Positions 56,965 through 64,000 of a stretch of 64,000 nt of DNA are shown piece after piece; positions within the stretch are counted from its first letter, which is position 1; each line of letters begins with the position of its first letter. The translations under genes were made by a program, and so were the position numbers. The notes under the pieces were generated by a model. It saw only the letters and a program-made list of their open reading frames with translations, was not told the origin of the DNA and did no database searches. The stretch is taken from the IMG/VR virus record IMGVR_UViG_3300018012_000099. One strand, written 5' to 3'. The stretch comes from a virus. Its lineage: Duplodnaviria; Caudoviricetes.

Positions 56965-57045
56965 GTATTCCCTGGCACCGCATGCGCAGTCTATCTTTAG
57001 ACTGAACAGCTCCAAGAGTGAGTCGATATGCATTTGTCATAATAC
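56965..57045 (+). promoter_or_regulatory. Structured 5' leader of dnaE
   Basis: Nested stems GTATT/AATAC, TGGCA/TGTCA and GCATG/TATGC, capped by hairpin CAGTCTA-TCTT-TAGACTG. Confidence 0.45.
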
Positions 57046-57064
57046 ACAACCAAACAGGTATAAG

Positions 57065-60000
57065 ATGACCGATTTTGTAAGTCTTCATAATCAGACCGAT
57101 TTTTCTATTCTTGACTCTCTTATTTCGTCAAAGGAACTATTCAAGAGAGCAAAAGAGCTTGGACAGACAGCAGTAGCTGTCACCGATCACGGAACCCTAG
57201 CGGGCGCTTGGGATTCCTGGAAGGCGTCCAAAGACACGGGCGTCAAATTAATTATCGGATGCGAATTCTACTTTACCAACGATACTACCAGCGTAGATGA
57301 AAAGCTGCGACACGTCGTTCTCTTGGCGAAGAATGCGGTGGGTTATCGCAACCTACTAACGCTCAATAAGAAGGGCTTCGACATCAACTTCTTTATTGGC
57401 AAACGTGTGTATTCCGTTATCGACTGGAAGATGTTAGAGCAGCATTCCGAAGGGTTAATCTGCCTGACGGCTTGCGGTAACGGTGTGGCGAGCCAATTGC
57501 TGATGAACCATAAGATGGATGAAGCGGAGAGCGCTCTATTGCGACTCAAGCAAATCTTCGGAGACAATTTAGGTATCGAAGTTCAGCCCAACAATATGAG
57601 GCGTGGCTCCAATATCTACAATGATGAAATTGATCAAACCTTTCTCAACCGACAACTTATCAATCTGGGTAAGAAGCACAATATTCGTGTGGTGGCAGCT
57701 TGCAACGCACATTACGTCAAGAAAGAAGACTCTGAAACTCATGATGTTTTTTTAGCTATTGGTGCTCACCAACCCATCTATTCTAACTTTCGTCTCAAGT
57801 ATTCGGTGCCCGATTTTTATCTCAAAACGGGCGATGAAGTCAAGACTTTTTTTACCAGGAACTACGGCGAGGAAACGGCACAGCAATTGTGCGACAACAC
57901 CACCTATTTCGCCAATTTGTGTGAGAAGCCAGAGTGGATTGACCCTAAGTTCTCCAATCCGACCGGTAAAGAGTTACCCGTCTTCCCGGTCAAGCAAGAG
58001 GCTGACTACACAAAGTTTAAGGAGTGGGTGGCGCGCCAACCATCAGACATTCAAAAGCTAGAAGAAGACAAACTCTTTTTGCGTTATCGTTGCGTAGTAT
58101 TGTTCGACTCAAGAGTCAAGAACTTATCTGAAGAGCAGAGAAAGCAGTACGACGATCGTATCGTTGAGGAGTTGGATGTTCTAGAGTTCCATGGCTTCTC
58201 CAGTTACATGCTCATCGTAGCAGACTTTATTGATTGGGCTCGTCAGCACGAGATCGCGGTGGGAGAGGGTCGTGGCTCGGTTGGTGGATCCCTTATCGCC
58301 TTCTTGCTGGGAATCCATCAAGCCGATCCCATCAAGTACAACCTTATTTTTGCTCGTTTTCACAATAAGGAAAAGAGCTCCTTTCCAGATATCGATACCG
58401 ATTTTGCGCCTTCTGGTCGTGAACGTGTACAGAACTATCTCCGACAAAAATACGGGGATGATCACGTAGCACACGTATCTAACGTCAATACCATCACGCC
58501 CAAGGTGTATGTCCGAGATATTGCCCGTTCTTGCGAACTGGGAGGCTCTAAGGACGAAGCCATCAGGATTGGCAATGACGTAGCTGATTGTATCCCAGGA
58601 GAAATTCATAACATCGATGACGCCTTGACCAAGGTGCCGTTATTCGCTGAGTATTGCAAGAAGTACCCAGAATTCATCAAATACAAGGATATCTGCGGTA
58701 AATACCGTGCCTGGTCTACTCATGCCGGTGGTATCATTATCTCAGCTCGTCCCCTAACTGGTTTGGTCCCGCTCCGCAAAGATAAGGATGGAGCCTTAGC
58801 TATCGAGTACGATAAGGATAAGGCAGAAGAAAATGGTTTGGTCAAGATGGATACCTTAGGACTATCCACTTTAGATATCATCGGTCAGGCTATGCAACTG
58901 ATCAAGGCGTCGGGTAAAGAAATGCCGCCTGCGGTATTGGACTACGAAGAGTATGATGAGCCGACCTACAACACTATTTCTGGTGGCGATACCTTCTGTG
59001 TCTTTCAGCTCGGAACTAGCGGCGGCACTATCGATTTGTGTCGTCGCATTAAGCCTAGGTCGGTCAACGATATCAGCTATATCAACTCGCTCGCACGTCC
59101 GTCTGCGCGTGACATGCGTAACGACTTCATTCTAACTAAGGATGGTAAGAAGCCGTTCTCTTTATTGCATCCAACGTTGGGACGAGCTTTCAATAATACC
59201 TTCGGCTTCGGTCTATATGAAGAAAGCTTGATGTATTTAGCGCAGGACGTCGCCGGCTGGTCATTGCACTCTGCCGATCGTCTCCGTAAGCTGACTAAGG
59301 AGAAGGGCAAGAACCCCAAGAAGGCGCAAGAGTGGAGGGCAGAGTTCATCCGTGATGCCGTCAAGAACACGGTGCCGGAAGCTATTGCTCAGCGCATTTG
59401 GGATGAAGTGGTAGATAAGTTCCAAGGCTACGGTTTTAACATGTCCCACTCGGTCTTGTATTCTATGACTAGCTACAAGACCGCCTATCTCAAAGCTCAC
59501 TATCCAGTGGAGTTTTTGCTCGCGAACCTTATGGCTGAAGTCAAGTCCAATGCCCCAGATGCTAAGGGCAACCTAGAAAAAATCAAAAAGGAACTGCGCA
59601 AGCACAAGGTCAAGATTTTTCCGCCTGATGTTAACAAATCCAAGCTAGCCTACACTATTGAAGATGAGAATAAGCTGATTACCGGCTTGGACGCCATCAA
59701 GTTCGTGGGTGAAGATGCCATCAAAGACATCATCGAGAAGAGACCTTTCAAGGACTTCTTTGATTTTATGGTGCGTGTTAGCTCTAAAGCAGTACGAGCT
59801 AATAGCATTCAAGCTCTTGCCGCTTGTGGTGCTTTGGACTCTTTCAAGATTCCTCGTAAACTGATGTTTTTGTATTGCTCAGACTATCGTAAGAAGCTTC
59901 AAGTGTGGCTCAAGAAGCACGATCCCTCTGTAGACACTTTTATTTATCCATGGCCTAAGGATGAGGAATGGAGTATACAGGAAATCTACGCTTTGGAACA

Positions 60001-60592
60001 ATATTACTTGCAAGAGGCTTTTATCTGCAAACCGGCTCTCGCCTATAATGACTTCTTTAAGGATGAACATAAAACTGTAGCAGATATTAGAAAAGCTAAG
60101 GATAAGACTAATATTGGTTCTTTCAAGGGAATAGTGCGCGATTACTTTGAATTTAGGGTTAAGAAAGAAACTAGTAAATATTATGGACAACCAATGATTA
60201 AAGCTGCTTTGGAAGATAAGTTTGGTGACCAAGTAACTTGTACTATTTTCCCTGATAGGTGGCAAACAGTTCAAGATCGAATCAAGCAGATTAACAAGAA
60301 AGCGGAGTTTGGTATAGGTATTGCATTACACTTCTCAGGTAATACCAATAACTATGAGGACGACATGGGTATCATATTAGATACTTTATTCAATATCGCG
60401 GTTCCTCCCAGTATTCCAGCCGATCTTAAAGCTAAAAAAATTAACCTTAAAGAGGCTAAAGCTAAAATGACAGAGGTGCCCCCAAAGGATAGTAAGTGGG
60501 AAAAGACCAATGATCCCCAGGATTTATTTGAAGAAATTGAAGACGATCTTTATGATCGAGGATTAATAGATCTTGACAGTGAAGAAGATTAA
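57065..60592 (+). CDS. dnaE: DNA polymerase III alpha subunit
   Basis: PHP domain ('SLHNQTDFSILD', 'TDHG'), 'GRGSVGGS', catalytic 'PDIDTDF', 'STHAGG', 'YGFNMSH', OB fold. Confidence 0.96.
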   Translation: MTDFVSLHNQTDFSILDSLISSKELFKRAKELGQTAVAVTDHGTLAGAWDSWKASKDTGVKLIIGCEFYFTNDTTSVDEKLRHVVLLAKNAVGYRNLLTLNKKGFDINFFIGKRVYSVIDWKMLEQHSEGLICLTACGNGVASQLLMNHKMDEAESALLRLKQIFGDNLGIEVQPNNMRRGSNIYNDEIDQTFLNRQLINLGKKHNIRVVAACNAHYVKKEDSETHDVFLAIGAHQPIYSNFRLKYSVPDFYLKTGDEVKTFFTRNYGEETAQQLCDNTTYFANLCEKPEWIDPKFSNPTGKELPVFPVKQEADYTKFKEWVARQPSDIQKLEEDKLFLRYRCVVLFDSRVKNLSEEQRKQYDDRIVEELDVLEFHGFSSYMLIVADFIDWARQHEIAVGEGRGSVGGSLIAFLLGIHQADPIKYNLIFARFHNKEKSSFPDIDTDFAPSGRERVQNYLRQKYGDDHVAHVSNVNTITPKVYVRDIARSCELGGSKDEAIRIGNDVADCIPGEIHNIDDALTKVPLFAEYCKKYPEFIKYKDICGKYRAWSTHAGGIIISARPLTGLVPLRKDKDGALAIEYDKDKAEENGLVKMDTLGLSTLDIIGQAMQLIKASGKEMPPAVLDYEEYDEPTYNTISGGDTFCVFQLGTSGGTIDLCRRIKPRSVNDISYINSLARPSARDMRNDFILTKDGKKPFSLLHPTLGRAFNNTFGFGLYEESLMYLAQDVAGWSLHSADRLRKLTKEKGKNPKKAQEWRAEFIRDAVKNTVPEAIAQRIWDEVVDKFQGYGFNMSHSVLYSMTSYKTAYLKAHYPVEFLLANLMAEVKSNAPDAKGNLEKIKKELRKHKVKIFPPDVNKSKLAYTIEDENKLITGLDAIKFVGEDAIKDIIEKRPFKDFFDFMVRVSSKAVRANSIQALAACGALDSFKIPRKLMFLYCSDYRKKLQVWLKKHDPSVDTFIYPWPKDEEWSIQEIYALEQYYLQEAFICKPALAYNDFFKDEHKTVADIRKAKDKTNIGSFKGIVRDYFEFRVKKETSKYYGQPMIKAALEDKFGDQVTCTIFPDRWQTVQDRIKQINKKAEFGIGIALHFSGNTNNYEDDMGIILDTLFNIAVPPSIPADLKAKKINLKEAKAKMTEVPPKDSKWEKTNDPQDLFEEIEDDLYDRGLIDLDSEED

Positions 60593-60675
60593 AAATCTAA
60601 CAATATTGATGATTTATTTTGGAAAATCGAGGATAATTTGATAAATAAAAACATAATCGATGATATATAAAGATT

Positions 60676-61341
60676 ATGAAACTGATTGATGGTAACAAGA
60701 AAAAGTGTAAAAAATGTGGTCGTGTCAAAAATATTAGTGAATTTTCTAAACAAAATGAATATTATAGTGCTAGATGTAAATCTTGTCTAAATAAAAGTAA
60801 AAGGTTAAAATACAAGAAAAATCCCGTTCCTTTTAGATTGGCTGGCAAAACGTATCGTGATAGTCATAAAGATAATAAATCACCCTACAATAGACAATAT
60901 TATCTCAATAATAGAATCAAAATTAGGAACTATCAAAATAGCTATTATGCCAATAAAATTAAAAATGTAGCTTATAGATTAAGGCGTAATATATCTAGGT
61001 TAGTGGCGCACATGCTGCATTCAAAAGACACTAATAAAAATGGTTTTTCTGTTTTACAATTTCTTTCTTTTTCGATTAAAGAATTAAAAGAGCATTTAGA
61101 GCGACAGTTTGAACCATGGATGAGTTGGGCAAATTATGGCTCTTATGATCATGATACTTGGGATGATAATGATTCAACTACCTGGACTTGGCAGTTAGAT
61201 CATATTATCCCACAATCAATATTGCCTTACACGTCTATGACGGACGAGAACTTTCAGAAGTGTTGGGCGTTATCCAATTTGCGTCCGTTATCCGCTAAAC
61301 AAAATTTGTTGGATGGCGCCACTAGGATACGTCATAGGTGA
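60676..61341 (+). mobile_element. HNH homing endonuclease, repeated family copy 6
   Basis: CKKC..CKSC; 'WANYG...WTWQLDHIIP...CWALSNLRPLSAKQN'. Confidence 0.88.
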
Positions 61342-61444
61342 TATATACGATATGTAATAATAACAAAACTCTTCCTAAGTAAAAGAAAGTGATATAGTTG
61401 ATTATTTTTGTATATAAAACCTATGCATAGTAAGGAATAAAGTT

Positions 61445-62386
61445 ATGCCAAAGATAAAATTAAAGGAATGGGCAGATAGACGTAAACTGTCTTATATTAC
61501 TGCAAATAGACAATTTCACGCCGGTCTAATACCTAATGCGGAGCAACTTCCAACTGGAACTATTCTTGTAGAAGATGATTTAGACCAAATTACATCTGCT
61601 GCTTCCAACGATGCAATATCTTTGTTTTTAAAAAAGACTGTTGAATTTAGTAAGAATAATGCAACGGTAGAAGATTTTGCCGCTTATGTTATTTCCAATT
61701 TCAGTTTGAAGTTGGCTAATAATACGGAAGGACCAAAATATTCGAGACAAAAACCAAAAGCAGAGGATGTTCAAAAACATTTTCAACAGTTTATTCCGAA
61801 GAGTGAGAAACCAAAATCTAATTCATTCATTATGGATCCAGAAGCTTTCGAAGATATCCCAGCAACTAACTCTACAGTTTCTAGGGTAGAGATCGATCAA
61901 GAATTAGTAAGTCAATTTAGTCAAGCAGTTTCCAATCCAGTTAGCGCAGCCCCTACTCCCGGCGGCGTTGCTGGATCCATGAGCACTGAAGGCACGGTTA
62001 CTCGAAGTGTTGATTTGAACACAACTCCACAACCAATCAACTATACCGGCTCTAATAATCTTGCTTTCAGTAGCTCACCCCTTTCAATGCCGATTGATAA
62101 TGCACATGTAGGCGCCCTACTTAGCAACTACACTTTCCAGGTTGGTGTCACTCATAACGCCGCAGCCAACGGTATAGATACTGTAGCTAGCTACCTACCC
62201 AATTCCTCGGGTTTATATTTTACCAATATGTCTTCTGATCCAGATTCTACTGGCACGATCGGATCCACAGATTATATTAGTTCTGTTCAACCGATACAAC
62301 AGGAATTACAATCAGTAAAGACCTCTAGTGACATTAAACTCAATCAACCACGCGCTAAACGTGGCAGAAAACCTAGTAAGAGATAA
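61445..62386 (+). CDS. Hypothetical with IS607-TnpA-like MerR HTH N-terminus and low-complexity tail
   Basis: 'KLKEWA....LSYITANRQFHAGLIP.AEQLPTGTILV'; no recombinase catalytic domain. Confidence 0.6.
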   Translation: MPKIKLKEWADRRKLSYITANRQFHAGLIPNAEQLPTGTILVEDDLDQITSAASNDAISLFLKKTVEFSKNNATVEDFAAYVISNFSLKLANNTEGPKYSRQKPKAEDVQKHFQQFIPKSEKPKSNSFIMDPEAFEDIPATNSTVSRVEIDQELVSQFSQAVSNPVSAAPTPGGVAGSMSTEGTVTRSVDLNTTPQPINYTGSNNLAFSSSPLSMPIDNAHVGALLSNYTFQVGVTHNAAANGIDTVASYLPNSSGLYFTNMSSDPDSTGTIGSTDYISSVQPIQQELQSVKTSSDIKLNQPRAKRGRKPSKR

Positions 62387-62390
62387 GATC

Positions 62391-63209
62391 ATGCAACTCC
62401 CTCAATTCCAAACACCTGGTGTCTTTTTAAAGCGCTACTTTCAGAATAACCCAAAACAACTGAATAAATATGTTCAGGTTGGATTGGTAGCAGCTAAGTT
62501 AGTGGTAACTCCATTATCTGCAGTGCTAAAGCATCTCATTGAAGTGCAAGGGATGGATCCGAATACGGAATCAGGACGTAGAATGCGTGAAGACTTTCAA
62601 GAAGCTCTTAATCGTGCTTTGGGGCAATTACATAATCACGAATATGATAGTGATTTTGATTTCTCTTGGTTAAACAAGAAGTTTAAAGAAGCTCATAATG
62701 GTGTATTTCCTCTTGATCTAAGCAAAGATGATTTTAAGGAATTAACCGACGTGAGTCACCTCAACTCTCCATCGCCCGTTGTTCCCAATCAAAGTCCAGT
62801 GGATGAGTTAGCTGATCTCATAGAAGAAGATTTGGTTAATCCAATTGCTCCCGAACCTGCGGAGCAAGTGTGGGACCTCTATTTTGGCCACGATATCTCC
62901 AAATTGGAATTGCCGAATGATAGAAAACTAAAAGATGCCCTAGAAAGATTAGTTTGGATCGATAAAGATATCGAAGAAGAAAATGAAAAACTTGATCCTA
63001 AAGAGCTATTCGCCCGAACAGATTACCTTAAGAAGTTAAAGAAAGATCTTAAGCAATATGGTGAGTCAGCTCGTCCGCTCAAAAAAGGGGGCAAGATTCG
63101 TAGAACTAAGACTGGCAATACTAAAGCTGTTAAGAAAGTTCCCAGAAAGTCTCTTAAGTCGATTAAGAAGACTTTAAACAAAGGTATCTTTAGTCGTACC
63201 CCTCGCTAA
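62391..63209 (+). CDS. Hypothetical protein
   Basis: ATG 62391; basic C-terminus. Confidence 0.6.
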   Translation: MQLPQFQTPGVFLKRYFQNNPKQLNKYVQVGLVAAKLVVTPLSAVLKHLIEVQGMDPNTESGRRMREDFQEALNRALGQLHNHEYDSDFDFSWLNKKFKEAHNGVFPLDLSKDDFKELTDVSHLNSPSPVVPNQSPVDELADLIEEDLVNPIAPEPAEQVWDLYFGHDISKLELPNDRKLKDALERLVWIDKDIEEENEKLDPKELFARTDYLKKLKKDLKQYGESARPLKKGGKIRRTKTGNTKAVKKVPRKSLKSIKKTLNKGIFSRTPR

Positions 63210-63232
63210 AAGGGCATACAAGCAGAGGAACT

Positions 63233-63688
63233 ATGCCATATAGAAACGTCAAATTACGCTCAGACAGAGGAAGTATCAGAAACTTACATAATGCTCAAGA
63301 CGAGTATTTTGGGGACCCTACGCCCGAGGAATTAGAGCTAAAGAAGCTATATGAGTATGCCCAAGCTACTAAAGATAAGAGATTACAAGATTCTTTGGGT
63401 TTTATTGTAATGAATCATCCAGGTGATAGAGCAGCTTTTCCAATTAGCGTATATCGTCATCGTGAGTATATTAACTCTCTTAGTCAAGAGAGAGTTGATC
63501 AAATAAAGCAGATGAAAAATGAACTATCTGGTTGTTTCCCAACTAGATTTGAAGATTCCTCTCCTATTGAGAGACGATCACAATACAAACAAATTTTCTC
63601 TCGTGCAGCTATTGCCGCCCCAAATGAAATGATTAAGATGGCGGGCGCTAGAGTGAGAGTTAAACGATCTTTTAGAAGGACACCGTAA
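63233..63688 (+). CDS. Hypothetical protein
   Basis: GAGGA RBS. Confidence 0.6.
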   Translation: MPYRNVKLRSDRGSIRNLHNAQDEYFGDPTPEELELKKLYEYAQATKDKRLQDSLGFIVMNHPGDRAAFPISVYRHREYINSLSQERVDQIKQMKNELSGCFPTRFEDSSPIERRSQYKQIFSRAAIAAPNEMIKMAGARVRVKRSFRRTP

Positions 63689-63723
63689 CGAGCTGTTATA
63701 GATCCTGGGAAGAAGGATGAATA

Positions 63724-64000
63724 ATGAAATGCATCTCATGTGAATCAGAAATCAATCCAAAGTTCAGGCACGCTATTGAACAAAATGTGTGTCCCTTCTG
63801 CGGTAGCTCTATAATGGAAGAGCTACTTAAAAGTTTATTAGTGTCTTTGGCTGATACTATGCAAAAAATGCAAGCATATCCTGAACAACTGAATGATTGG
63901 CTTCTCTCCAACTATAACTACATCAAGACAGATAGTTATGACCTAATTAGGTTTGTCTCAAAAGAGCAACTAAAGGATTTGAAGAAAGAAGTAGATGACG
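63724..64000 (+). CDS. Zn-ribbon hypothetical protein, 3' truncated by window edge
   Basis: MKCISCESEINPKF...CPFCG; open to the window end. Confidence 0.65.
   Translation, partial: MKCISCESEINPKFRHAIEQNVCPFCGSSIMEELLKSLLVSLADTMQKMQAYPEQLNDWLLSNYNYIKTDSYDLIRFVSKEQLKDLKKEVDD

Noticed and set aside
56914-57000. TGA readthrough extension of the M41-like peptidase (SLLDKKDIEFKLSIL...)
   Set aside because: No opal suppressor or SECIS-like evidence. The stretch is better explained as promoter plus structured leader of dnaE.
57065-60592. Intein or intron in dnaE
   Set aside because: Length and motif order are typical and there is no intein N/C-terminal signature or embedded endonuclease.
1-64000. 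Genome-wide TAG reassignment (alternative genetic code)
   Set aside because: Long conserved genes (dnaE, sbcC, topA, tig) are intact in the standard code with no in-frame TAG. Only isolated, apparently regulatory TAGs occur.
1-64000. CRISPR array
   Set aside because: No regularly spaced direct repeats were seen. The Cas4-like nuclease at 53422 has no cas neighbours and fits a phage RecB-like exonuclease.

Overview
This is an AT-rich, densely coding fragment of a large (jumbo/huge) dsDNA bacteriophage genome. It uses the standard genetic code and has about 100 genes, almost all on the + strand. The phage assignment is inferred from gene content, and no capsid, portal or terminase gene is recognisable here. 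Contents: (i) a sugar/glycan-modification cluster (673-10019); (ii) a translation-hijack region with a Thg1-like enzyme, three tRNA-Thr isoacceptors, tmRNA, two amber (CUA) tRNAs, tRNA-Arg, IF3 and nadA; (iii) DksA, an inactive plus active ClpP pair, FtsK-like ATPase, TopA, AAA ATPase, bS21, MT-A70 methylase and peptide deformylase; (iv) replication/repair genes (CHC2 Zn finger, SbcD/SbcC, dNMP kinase, PD-(D/E)XK nuclease, trigger factor, DnaE); (v) at least 11 free-standing homing-type endonucleases, six from one HNH family. The most striking signal is an apparent amber-readthrough-gated switch that the ORF track misses. A 13-codon leader MKDYL(UAG)IKTRAPP ends in a RAPP ribosome-arrest motif, and its Pro-Pro-stop codons pair perfectly with the Shine-Dalgarno of the next gene. 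That gene heads an operon with an HD-domain gene and a PTH2-like peptidyl-tRNA hydrolase, which itself has UAG at codon 4 and is followed directly by a CUA-anticodon tRNA. All protein family calls are motif recognition by eye, not database searches.
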